Below are positions 1-10,915 of a stretch of DNA of 64,000 bases, piece by piece; within the stretch, counting starts at the first letter, position 1; each line of letters starts with the position of its first letter. Below the pieces are notes generated by a model. The model was not told the origin of the DNA. It ran no database searches and saw nothing but the letters and a program-made list of their open reading frames with translations. The position numbers and the translations under genes were made by a program. The DNA comes from Bispira polyomma (lineage: Eukaryota). Location of the stretch: positions 16,492,001-16,556,000 of the forward strand of contig OZ287758.1 in the NCBI GenBank assembly GCA_965649765.1, written 5' to 3'.

Positions 1-104
1 AAAGTCATATACTCATTCTGTGATATAAATATGCAGGTCTTTTTGAGGTGGCACATGTTCATTGTATGGGTTAGTATTTGTTGTGATATTTGTAATTTAT
101 CATA

Positions 105-333
105 GCATCAGTGACAAATTAATTTCTTAGCTATTTCTTAGCACTTTGTAATAACTATGTATCAAAGAATCAGGCACATATTGGTGTTAATTATTAGCAC
201 TGTGTAATAACTATATTTATCAAAGAATCAGTGACATATTGGTGTGTTATTTATTGGCACTATGTAATAACTTTAGATTAAACAATCAGTGACACTAGGT
301 GTGTTATGTCTTAGCACTGTATAATAACTATTT
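105..333. repeat. Degenerate minisatellite, ~4 copies of a ~58-bp unit
   Basis: Recurrent atcaaagaatcagtgacatattggtg...ttagcactgtgtaataacta at ~58-bp spacing. Confidence 0.85.
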
Positions 334-2378
334 ATTATAGTACTTGATGTATAATCTGATTAAATATGTCGCAAATGGTGTAAATGCTAAATTAAAGTTC
401 AATTATCATACATGTTTGGCTTGATTATGCTTTGATATTTTGAATAGTGCTGATAATTATACATCAACTTAAATTTCTCTCGTGTTAATTAAGTTAGGAC
501 TAAAGAATTTAAATAAAGTAAAAACACCTTGTTAAACACTAAATGAATTCGAGCTCAGTTTATTTGATTTGTAATTGTATACAGAACAAACTGCTTAATC
601 GTAAAAAATATATCAAAGGGAGATTATTTTTCTGGAAAGCCATGCTGAATTATATAGAATATATATATTATCTCCTATATCATTGTTTTTGCTTTTTTTT
701 TGTAATAAATTCAGATGTGTAATAAATTTATATGCCACTAATTTGGGAGATAGTATTATTAAGGAGGCTCTTGTTACTATTTTCTTTGTTCTAATTACTT
801 CATTAGAAACTGTATAAATTAACACATATAGTTAATGTTATTAAAAGTAAATGTAATTAAACAGTTTAAAGTAAGTCAAGCAAATTAATATTATTATTCA
901 TGCAAATGTCATTTAAAGTTTATAGTTTAAAAGTAAATAACACATTGTCAAGTAAGTAAATATATTGTCAGTATATAAGTTAAAAGCAACATGTTTAATA
1001 ATGAATCTTTTGTAAGTATATGGTATCATCATATTTTTTGACAACTATGCTCAAACATATAATGTATTTTATCAATGTGTAAGTATGCAGTTTTATACAA
1101 GTGTGTGCACTAAGAAACCTCCTGTGCATCATTCAGTGTTTCCTGTAGAATTCCAGAGATTGTAATCTCTGTGTGACTCATGGCATGCTTGCCAATGTTG
1201 TGTATATAAGGAGCAGCACATGCTTCAGAAAAAGATATGGCGATATTATAATATGATGGAATGAGATGAGATGAGATAAGCACAGCATTCTAGGACTTCT
1301 GCCCAGAGTCTATAATAAAGAGCCAGTTATATCAGGCCTCACAGAAAAGTACCATCAAGATTTAATATGATACTACAACTGGTGTTTGTAAAATATTTTA
1401 AAGTTTGTTAAAAGAAGAAATAAAGTATGATGAAAAAGCTTACAAAAAGACTATTTTACTTTGGACTTTAACTGTTGTCAAGTGGTGGAACCCGCCAGAA
1501 ACCAAACAACTACCACATAGCCAAATTTACAGAAACATCTGAAAAAAGGACACTCAACCACCACCTGACAGTATGTTCAAGGGAGTTCTCCTGGGAGAGC
1601 ATTCCTGGGAGTTAAAGCAGGGACTTTCTGATTGCCAGATAAACTCTTACCGCAATCTGAATGAGAAACCTTGAGATCATCGGAACAACTAAGCACTGGG
1701 CCACAAGATACCACATCAAATAATAGACAGTTACATGTACGAATTAAGTGAAGATGAGTGTTAATATCAAGCACAAGGCACAAACAGTTCTTTTGTGGCT
1801 TTATTGGGTCTGTTTTGTGTAATATCACATACCATTTGTGTAAATATAAATATACATATATTAGATACAGATAGACAATAATAATGGCAATAGTGGCGTA
1901 GTGTCAATTTCTCGGCCCAATCTAAATCTTTACTAATGCAATATCTTCCCTCAAAAAGAAGCATTAAAACCCCACATTGTCAGGCTAAAATTGAACATTC
2001 ACAGGCATGGGGGTGAGTAATCCCGGGAGATGTAACTATGGACATAGTGCACACCTTTACAAGTTTTCAAATATGCTTGACCCTGATAAGTATGTGGGAA
2101 CTTTAACTATCTAACAATTAACTATCTAACAATTACTGTTTAACTTAATCAGTAACAAAATCTGCCCATTGTCATAGAAGACAAATGTTTTGAAGGCAAT
2201 CTTAAACTCAGTTGAAATATATTTGATAATATATTGAGTACATATAACATTGATAATATTTTAAGAAACAGTAAAATATGTGATTTCTTAAATATTAGGA
2301 CATCATGCCAAGACCAGATATCAACTACAACTAAACTTAAAGATACTAATGTATATGTTACAGTCAATTTGTGAAACC

Positions 2379-2460
2379 AGTCATTACGCGTAATGACTAA
2401 AACTTTCAGTCATTATGTGTAATGATTGAAATTATGGTCCAGTCATTACGCGTAATGACT
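2379..2460. repeat. Three copies of the 20-bp palindrome AGTCATTACGCGTAATGACT
   Basis: Perfect copies at 2379-2398 and 2441-2460; CpG-decayed copy AGTCATTATGTGTAATGATT at 2408-2427. Confidence 0.9.
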
Positions 2461-2569
2461 AAAACTATATTGAGCATATAATAATATTATATATCATGAT
2501 CATATATTTTTTAAATGCAATTTTTATGTAAATTTAAATATTATTAAGCATCTCTTGAAAAGGGCGCTT

Positions 2570-3580
2570 ATTTGGTTAAACCCCTAGTTTCATCGCTGCC
2601 GCCGCCACATGTTCCTCCTTAAATATCTCCTTTAATGTTATCTGGATCAAAATTAATTTTGGCCATTATCCTAACCAGGAGTGGGATTTTTTTTTCAAAT
2701 TCTTGGATTTAAACTTTGGCCTACTTAAATGTCAGGTGACCCTGGGGGTGTAAAAGTGTCTGTCACTAGGTTTTCTCAGAAAGTATTTGTCATAGCTCAA
2801 TAAAATTTAGCATGAACATTGGTAAAGCAATTTTCTGGAAGGGAGACGCTGTTGAGAGTAATCGGATGATAATTGACAGATTGCCGACAGATTGATTTCT
2901 TATTGAAATATAGAAAATTTGTACTTTTTTGCTATCTCAGAAACTATTGGGATTTCGGTTTTTTCTTGGCATAAGTTATCCATCCTCTTTTAAATTTCAT
3001 GTATGATGTGAAAATCTCACGGTTCTAAGTGTAGTACTTACTAAGTACCGAGTACTTTAAATAAGTAGTTTGCTCTATCTTGCACTTTTACTAACTTTTA
3101 TTTTGACGTAATTGTCATAATTCAATACAATTTGACATGCATATTGCAAACACCAAAGCTTAGATGTCTGTAATTTTTTAGATCTATCTGATGATAAATG
3201 ACTGATTGACAGAGTAGATCAATCGTACAAAATGGGAAAAAAAGTGTTGATGGGTGCCTTTTTCAGCAACTGACGGTTTTTTTAAAATGACTCAATTGAG
3301 ATAAATTTTATGATTCACCAAGTTCATCACTCTATTCTAAAATAAAAACTTTAGTGGTCTTTTTTACAGCCCTAAAATAAGAAGTGTAACATAAAACATA
3401 TACTTTGATAAAAAACGGATAAACACTCATTTATTACTGTGTATCAGCACTATATATGCACAATATAATTTTGCTTAGACCAAAGATAACTGTGATTAAT
3501 TAAATTATTTTCCCATTTAGTGTTTGTTTCCACATGTACTCCTTATTTAAGAGGGGCTCTTGTGACAATGGCTGGAGCAT
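2570..3580 (+). mobile_element. Possible degenerate non-autonomous Helentron/HINE-like element
   Basis: gctgccgccgcc microsatellite followed by ttcctcctt...atctcc and repeated ctcagaaa(g/c)tatt / aaaatttagcatg-type internal units resembling molluscan HINE cores; boundaries uncertain. Confidence 0.3.
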
Positions 3581-4259
3581 TTAATTTTGTTTTCAAAGCA
3601 CATGCATCTGTTGTATTCAAATTTTTATTTCCAGCACAGTTGGATTTCAAAATGGTACTCAGGGTACCATGAAACCATTAATCGAAATCCTTATCCTGTG
3701 GATGTGTACAAAGTATTCTCGGAATGCATTGAATCAAATGACATATTGGAAAGACCATTGACATTGGCCTAGTTTCTGACAACCCTTTAACATTGCCACC
3801 TCTATGTAAAACTCTAAAATGTCTTTGGTAACTTCATTTCAGGGCTCATTCTTGCACAATCAAAATTGGTAGAACAGTACAGTACATAAGCAAGGGAAAT
3901 AATCATTTACGTTTTTTGTATATAAACTAATTAGTCTTCACTCTTCACATCTAGACAGTGGCAGGTTTAATGTTTACAAGTACTCAGCTGGATTATGATA
4001 AATGTGGCTGTTGGGACAAGTTGTGGGTATTCCTTTGCAACATGAGAATAATTTTAAGTCAAAGATGACTCAACCATTTACTAATACAGGACTCAGATGA
4101 TACTGGATTGTTTTTACTGGGGTTGGGGATTGCATTGAATACCTCAGTTTTTTTGTTTTGATCGACCCTTGAGAACTGGGGAAAGTGATAAATCTTTCGT
4201 TTTAAAAATGACCGAGGGTTAATGTTGTTGACAGAATGTTTTATTTATTCTTCAAAACA

Positions 4260-4485
4260 GTTTGAAGGGACGTGAACTCAGGAGAACACATATCTTCGCC
4301 ATGGTGTTAGAATGACAAAATTCATGGATCCTTCGTTCTGAGCTTCTGAATTGCCTGGATCCTTCCTTTACCCATGCCCCATCCCTCCACCAAATGTTGT
4401 GTATATCATTTCAGTAGCTATTTGGTCTGTTTATGACATACCAAGAGACACAGGTGAAAACATAACCTCCTTGGTGAGTTATAAT
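4260..4485 (+). mobile_element. Helentron/HINE-like 3' remnant
   Basis: Ends in gaaaacataacctccttggtgagttataat, close to the HINE-type terminus gaaaacataacctccttggcggaggtaat. Confidence 0.4.
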
Positions 4486-4582
4486 ATAGAATAACATAAT
4501 ATATAGTAACACAACAAATATGACCATGGTGAGATCTTAAAATGCACATTATTCATATCACCATACATTTACGTGGACATAT

Positions 4583-4704
4583 GTAGACATATACAATGGC
4601 CACTTTTGACCTGTATCACCTCATCCTTCTCTCATACATTTCCATTAGGTAGACATATACAATGGCCACTTTTGACCTGTATCACCTCATCCTTCTCTCA
4701 TACA
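4583..4704. repeat. Tandem duplication with 66-bp period (2 copies)
   Basis: gtagacatatacaatggccacttttgacctgtatcacctcatccttctctcataca at 4583 and 4649. Confidence 0.95.
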
Positions 4705-4926
4705 CTCCCTAGTGACGAACTTTTATTATTAATATTATTCATGGTTAACTTATTTTCTTTGGGTAATAAACTACATTGTGAAAATACATATTGGAACTAT
4801 AGATCTTTTATGGTTCTAAATTTATGACAGCACTGCTTGGATTTATGTTCTTGTTTCTCAAACATTCAGATTTCAAATTTGAAAGACACCGCTCAGGTTT
4901 TTTTATAATATTTAAAGGGGCGAACT

Positions 4927-5048
4927 TTACCCATAATGCACCACAGGCATTCAGTGACCCCTTAACCTTAAAAAGGTCTGTATTGTGTATTCCCAGAATT
5001 CCAAGTGGTGGTATCTGCAAGGATTCATTTTGCCTGCAAAATGGAGCC
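4927..5048 (+). promoter_or_regulatory. Candidate promoter motif cluster (Staf/ZNF143-like x2, YY1-like)
   Basis: TTACCCATAATGCACCACA 4927-4945, TTCCCAGAATTCC 4990-5002 and AAAATGGAGCC 5038-5048 in a locally CpG-richer patch. Confidence 0.35.
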
Positions 5049-5439
5049 GACATGAGGATGTCACGGCACACATACTTCACCCTGATTTCTCATATAGCTA
5101 CCAATCAATGGCCACAGCCAGAGAAAAAATCAATACACCGTGGGATATCACAGAAATAGGCCATGACGCGTACACACAATCTGATGATGTCATCTACTCT
5201 TGTTGTTATGTTCATATTGTTCATGGATGAAGTCCCTGTCTAAGGTTGATCTGGTTGGCACTATGACAACTGCAAAAGCGTTAGAAAATTTAAGCTATTA
5301 TATTGGTATACCTGTAGTAATGTTCGTGTAAATGTAGACAGACCAACAGCAATTGTATTGTGTTCAATTTATACTCATTTGTATTTGTCTACCTCTATCT
5401 GGTATTCAGAGTGCTAGGTAACTTCCCAAGTACAGCCAA

Positions 5440-5662
5440 CCAGCACCAGTAAGTGCCAATCCCATAACTGGAGACAGAGGCCTGAGGAGGATACAAGTTT
5501 ATTAACGTCCCAAAGGTTAGTTAACCTGCAACTGGGGCTAGTATCCAATGACAGAAGATTGGATGACCATTTTAATAGGTCATCCGGGCCATTATGTATC
5601 TGTCTGTACCTGGTCGTCGCAGGCATAACCTTTTTACCCACTGGGCCACAGTGGCAGCTGGT
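5440..5662 (-). mobile_element. MetaSINE-like tRNA-derived SINE
   Basis: Minus strand: A-box tggcccagtgg, then cccggatgacctattaaaatggtcatcc...gttgcaggttaactaacc, a Meta-core-like block shared with the copies at 9.6 kb, 9.9 kb, 51.4 kb and 60.2 kb. Confidence 0.65.
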
Positions 5663-7144
5663 ATTTTGTCGTTGTGATAGTAATGGTACAACCAATATTA
5701 ATTTAAACATAAATATAAATACAACTTTGTGATAGAACTAAGGTTGAAAGTTTTGAAATATTTATCTGGAGCAATATTGTAAATTTAATCTAAAACCTTT
5801 ATATATCATATCAACACAAAGTTTATGATATAACTATAAAATGCCCTAATTACATATATTAATTTAATTTCAAGCCTTTATATGTGATATTAACACTACT
5901 AATGCTCAGAACTACTTGTTACATCTTGTAACACTATAACTTGTATCTGAAGCCTTTACATCTAATATCAACGCTCTTTAATGCTCTGAAGTACTTTTGA
6001 GAGGTGATATACTAAAACTTTAACCTAAAGCTTTTATATGTAAGAAAATATTGGCATACAACCTTCTTGGTCTGCTGCACCACTCCAGTTTGGTCCTAAA
6101 AAGAAAAGGTTATACAGTACAACATATCATACATTACAGTACAATTGCTGGCAAGTCTTATGTCATTTTTCATATTTAGAATACTGCAGACATTTTGAGA
6201 ACACATTCTTTAAGTCATTGTAAATTGTTTGGGAAAACATAATAAACATGTTTAGTAAAGTTCATATAGTCATGTAAAAATTAAGTAAAACAAATTACAC
6301 AGTTAATTTTCAATATACAATCTATTATTCAATGAAGAGTATTAGATTGAACAGTTATGACAATGACTGCATTTGAAACTTTACCTTGCTACATCAAAAG
6401 ATTAACTTGAATATCCTAAACTTACCATGTTTCTTTTCAAAATTCCATTTGTGAACTACAATAATAAATAGAACATATTGAAAAAGGTGGCATTGGAGTT
6501 GGCACACAAACAACGGATTTTGAACTTGTGATTTGAATAAAAGGTATCCTAGGTCTAGTAGACTGTTATACCCACATGGCAACTTTGAGATTATATCTTG
6601 ATATGGATCACATATCAACTGACCTGGTTTCCTTGAAATATAGAAAAGGTATTTTCAGTAAATCAAAGTGAAAATGAGGTCAAATTATGATGCACACATG
6701 TACCCTCTCTAGTGAATGTCTACAACAAATATGAACTGTTTCGACACCAATGTTTTAAGATTTAGTCATAACACTAAGTGCAATGTCAAACTAAGGTTGT
6801 ATCCATGACATAGTTGGTTAAATACAGTTCAGCAGTTATTGAGGCAGAGTTCAGAGTAAAATTCAGAGTTATTTAGGAAACAAAGGACCAACATTTTAAA
6901 ATCACAGAAATGTCACATTATGTGGGATATAGTGGTGTGTACTTAGAAATAGAATGTTGTGGTCCGTTATTACATGTAAAGATGATCGCGACAATAAAAA
7001 TTCATGACAATAAAACACAACAACACTACAGAAGCGTATTTAAGACCTGGTATAACAAAATATCTTGCGTTGTTCATAAAAACAACTATAAGTTACGTGG
7101 GCAAAATATAACTCGTCCGGTGGAAAAGTATTTATCATTAAAAA

Positions 7145-7418
7145 TTATCTATCATGTCCTAAATAAGCTTGTGTACAACAAAATCTACTATTGGGACAAA
7201 TATTTCTATAGGAAGGACTGTGTTGCTGCTTCGCGAGCACGGACTGTGTGTGTGCCTGGTATGATTTGCATAATTTAATATCTAAGCCATCATCACAGTA
7301 GTTGCAATGTATTTCTCCCAGCACTTGGGTCTGAAAGCATTGATTTCTTTCTGTGTGTATGACATCAATTAGACTCTTACAGATGTACTTAACAGGGGAA
7401 AACTTCATATTGCATTGG
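7145..7418 (-). CDS. Exon 3 of same gene (Cys-rich, saposin-like spacing)
   Basis: Acceptor gcaaccttAG at 7420-7419; phase 2 matches exon 2 and runs in frame into the track ORF 7145..7408 (FQCNMKFSPVKYICKSLIDV...EIHCNYCDDGLDIKLC...). Confidence 0.55.
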
Positions 7419-7689
7419 CTAAGGTTGCATCAAAATAACTCATAATGACCTAAGTATAATATAGCACATCTTATATATAATATTTACTGCAACATTAAAG
7501 GTAGAGCTACAACATAAGAATTTAAGATGCATGTAGCATACTATTTTTTAAGAGGAGATCAGTTTAAGAGTACATAGTAATTTGCTGTATATTGGTAGTT
7601 AATTGCTAAACAGTTTAGTTCACTGTAGTCACATCTGTTTCTCAGGGGAGGGATAGAACAGTTGGTAGGTCACTGAAGCCATCACTTAC

Positions 7690-7816
7690 AATCGAGGCAG
7701 TGGGGTTATTGATTGTGATCACGTGACAACACAACAACAAATGCTGCAGTCAACATGTCGTCTATTAACTGGAGTTGTTTTTAATGGGGGAGTAAATTTA
7801 GACGGATGGTTATCTT
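7690..7816 (-). CDS. Exon 2 of same gene (Pro/Thr stalk plus CxxCCC; contains in-frame TGA at 7721-7719)
   Basis: Acceptor tatttctatAG with upstream ctaac branch point, donor GTAAGT at 7689; phase 1 to 2; reads EDNHPSKFTPPLKTTPVNRRHVDCSICCCVVT*SQSITPLPR. Confidence 0.55.
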
Positions 7817-8067
7817 CTATAGAAATAGTGTTTTTTATAGTAGTTCTATGAACAACAAAAATATTATGATGCTAACCTAAACAAAACTACAAAAATTGCA
7901 TGTAACACACAAGTCAAAAAATATTGGAGCAAGATAATATAACCATTTGTTTTGTGTAGCTATTTACAACACTGTTAAAACTGTTTTTCACACACTGGTA
8001 ACAAATCTGCAGTTGTTAAAAACACTAATAATAATATATAGGTTTAATAGAGTACATTGTCACTTAC

Positions 8068-8317
8068 CTAAAACAATCATTACTATACAGAAGACCATCC
8101 CTAAGATCATAATCCCTGTCACGATACTTTTGACATGTCTGCAGCAGAAATTCCTTAAAGTCTGGCCTTTCGTCAGCTCCTGTTCGTCCGCCATACTTTC
8201 CTCTGACGAGATGTTGTCCTCGTTTTGGATCAATGATATGGGCGTGGTGAACACAACAGACATGCGCGGCACTTGGCTCTTTCTGCGGGCCATGCGGATA
8301 TCACGTGAGTCACGCAT
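8068..8317 (-). CDS. Exon 1 of candidate type II membrane protein (cytosolic N-tail plus TM helix)
   Basis: GC-richer ORF MRDSRDIRMARRKSQ...RHVKSIVTGIMILGMVFCIVMIVL ending exactly at a perfect donor G|GTAAGT (8067-8062), phase 1; the start may be the ATG at 8317 or 8293. Confidence 0.7.
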
Positions 8318-8359
8318 GGTTGGTTGCTAAGGGGGAGAGGGGGGGCAGTGGCGGGAAAA
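8301..8359 (-). promoter_or_regulatory. Candidate proximal promoter of the 7.1-8.3 kb gene
   Basis: E-box TCACGTGA 8301-8308, AP-1 TGAGTCA 8306-8312, RFX-like GTTGCTAAGG 8323-8332, G-rich Sp/KLF-like run and E2F-like TGGCGGGAAAA 8349-8359 within 60 bp. Confidence 0.45.
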
Positions 8360-9448
8360 TTTGTTATGAAGCTACAGGAAATTGGGTCAACTGCATTTTT
8401 TGTTGAGCTAGTGTTGAGCTTGCTATGAGTTCTATATCAATAGTGTGGAGGTCAGCCACATGTGAGAACTTCATATCTGTAAACATATTACATGTTAAAA
8501 ACTGTTCATTGAGCATAATAAGGGACCGTATTTACAAACAGACTTGGCCAAGTCTTGAAATTAAATTTCGGACTTTTGTCTTAACTTTTGGGAAAAAAAG
8601 ACTAATACAAAAGTCTTAGTTTGACCGGTATTGACAAAGCAGCTAAGCCTAAGTTTTAGCTTATCCAAGGACTTGACTTTAGGACAGGTAGAGTAGAGTT
8701 TTAAATTTTATTACGCACTCTTGTGACTACATTGTAAGAATACACATAAGTATCATAACTAAAAAAAAAAAAAAACCATTTAAAATTAGCAATTATGTAA
8801 CAATATATATATTTTTGTTTTTAGTAAAATTACAGATTTTGTTACACTAACATATATTTATCAATATTATGTTTATTCATCTTAAGGTAAAATATTATTT
8901 TTGTAGAAATTTCATTAACAAATCAGCTATCTTTTAGTGTTAAATATTCGAGAAAAATATAATTAGGTATATATCTTTTAAATATTGTTTACCTAACCAG
9001 CAATGCATCTTCAACATAGTTTTCATTCAGTACCTAATTACTACTTACATAATCTTGTGTATATTCTTTACTTTGAAAATATATAAAAAAAATATTCAGA
9101 AAACAAAATTAATCATAAACTAGGTTTTTTTTGGAATACTTATTAAAGAAGACAAAAGGGATCCTTTCATCATAATGCTCTAAGTCAACATAGCTTATAA
9201 CATTGTGGAGGACACTATGGTATAGCATAACGCCCCTTTAAAGGTTTCGGGTTGTGTCAGAAAAAAGTTCCCGCCTTCTATACAAAACATATTGCCAAGA
9301 ATCGGATGTCTAAATATAAATTATTTTAAAATTTTAAACAATGCAACGTGTATATATACAAGAAAGTTTTCTCAGAAAGGTGGAGGCAGTTTAGAAAACT
9401 TGTTGAATAATTTTGAGGTATGTACTAATTGTTCTTCTTTTACATTTG

Positions 9449-9730
9449 CCATAATGGCCCAGTTGGTAACACACTCAGTCAGGAACACAGATGACCTGGG
9501 TTTGTCTGCCACTTAGGATTAATAGGTAACACACTCATTTAGTAACACAGAGGACCTGGGTTTGTCTGCTACTTAGGACTAATAGATAACACACTCACTT
9601 AGGAACACAGAGGACCTAGGTTAGTTCCAGGCCAGTCACAGATATATAGTGTTTCGGGATGACAACTTAAAATGGCTGTCCTCAGTGATTGGCTTCTGAC
9701 CCCTAGTGGCAGGCTAAAGAACCTTGGGAA
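9449..9730 (+). mobile_element. MetaSINE-like SINE with triplicated ~60-bp tRNA head
   Basis: Three tandem gtaacacactca..aggaacacagaggacctggg units, then cgggatgacaacttaaaatggctgtcc...tggcaggctaaagaacc. Confidence 0.65.
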
Positions 9731-9732
9731 CA

Positions 9733-10053
9733 TTGAAATGAAATAGTACATTTGTTATAGCGCACTTACAGCGTCCTTTTAAATGCGCTTCCTCATAGGC
9801 AGCCACTATTGGCGCCGAAGTGCTTGAGGATGACAATTCATCAACGTCCCCAAGGATCTTTAATCTACCACTGGAGATATTACTCAGTGACAGAGGACCG
9901 CCATTTTAAGTGGTCATCTGAGCCACTAGGCAAACTTGTGTTCACATCTTGCCTAAGGATGTTATCCCACCAAATGAAACTAGCGGCCGGTACCTGGACT
10001 TGAACCGGGGACCTTCTGATCATCAGACTGACACCCTAACCACTAGACCACGG
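9733..10053 (-). mobile_element. MetaSINE-like SINE, near full length, with L2-type tail
   Basis: Minus strand: A box tggtctagtgg, B box ggttcaagtcc, core cttaaaatggcggtcctctg...tggtagattaaagatcc, tail gtaagtgcgctataacaaatgtactatttcattt. Confidence 0.7.
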
Positions 10054-10756
10054 ATGATCTTTGATAAATAGTGTCATCTTGAACTTGTCTTTGTATACAT
10101 TTTAAGAATACAAACTCTCCACTATTGGCCAAGAATCATAGCCCCATCCCCCTGAATTGTAGCGCTGAAAAAATATCAGCAAGTTTTCTGATATTTTTTT
10201 GAGATCGAAGTATGAGCATTACATGGAAACTCCCACCATAAGCAGCAATCATGATCAATCAAAACTCCTACTTTAAATTCATAGAACTGGCCAGTATTTT
10301 GTTCTATATCTCATACACAAGATGCTATTGCATTTTCTAGGCTGCTGCATACTCAATTAAGGAACAGTCACAGGGAGCTTTAGTTGGAATATTCCACAAT
10401 ATTTATCTAAAGGCAGTGTTATCTAAAGTCGTGCTGCATAAATAAGCTTTTTATTCATGTTTGTAAGTACTAACTGTGACCAAACTCCCCAAAACACTGA
10501 CAAACAGTATTTGACTTCTGGCATGGCAGTATACAGCTGGACATCTATCGTCCGAACATGTTGTGACAGCAATATTTTGTTCGGAAAATAGAAAGATCAG
10601 AAAATAGAATATGACAACAGAACATAGGTTTGTCCATAATTTTCGGTTTTACTCTAATTATTGATTCTAGTCTGGCTGTATAGGCTGGTATGTATCAAAA
10701 TTAGGCAAAATCTACAAACCATTTGATGGAAGTCAAATCTGTACAAGGTGGTTTTC

Positions 10757-10915
10757 TGTGGCCTAATGGTTAGGGAGTTGGTCTGGCGATGAGAATGTCT
10801 CTGGGTTTACTCTTGGTAAGGGTGTTACTGTGGCGAGTAGTAGGTCCCCGGTTCAACTGCTGGCTGGAGAGTTGGTCTGGTAATAAGAAGGTCCCTGATT
10901 ATATTCCTGGTAACA
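10757..10915 (+). mobile_element. SINE tRNA-head fragment with ~3 degenerate internal repeats
   Basis: tggcctaatggttagggagttggtctgg...aggtccccggttcaact...ggagagttggtctgg...aaggtccctga; same family as the 47-bp array. Confidence 0.6.

Noticed and set aside
1011-1700. Possible LTR plus PBS (TATA ~1203, AATAAA ~1314, CA-ac-TGG ~1378)
   Set aside because: No second LTR, TSD, convincing tRNA complement or gag/pol sequence
3634-3772. Plus-strand exon after a strong acceptor
   Set aside because: No recognisable product or partner exons
4912-4966. Kolobok-like TTAA-AGGGG...CCCC-TTAA mini-element
   Set aside because: Inverted match of only 4-5 bp, expected by chance
6900-7145. SECIS element for the in-frame TGA
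   Set aside because: ATGA sites are present but I found no correctly spaced AA loop and GA quartet by eye
7947-8330. Plus-strand 127-aa ORF
   Set aside because: Antisense shadow of the minus-strand exon, which has the splice donor and TM helix
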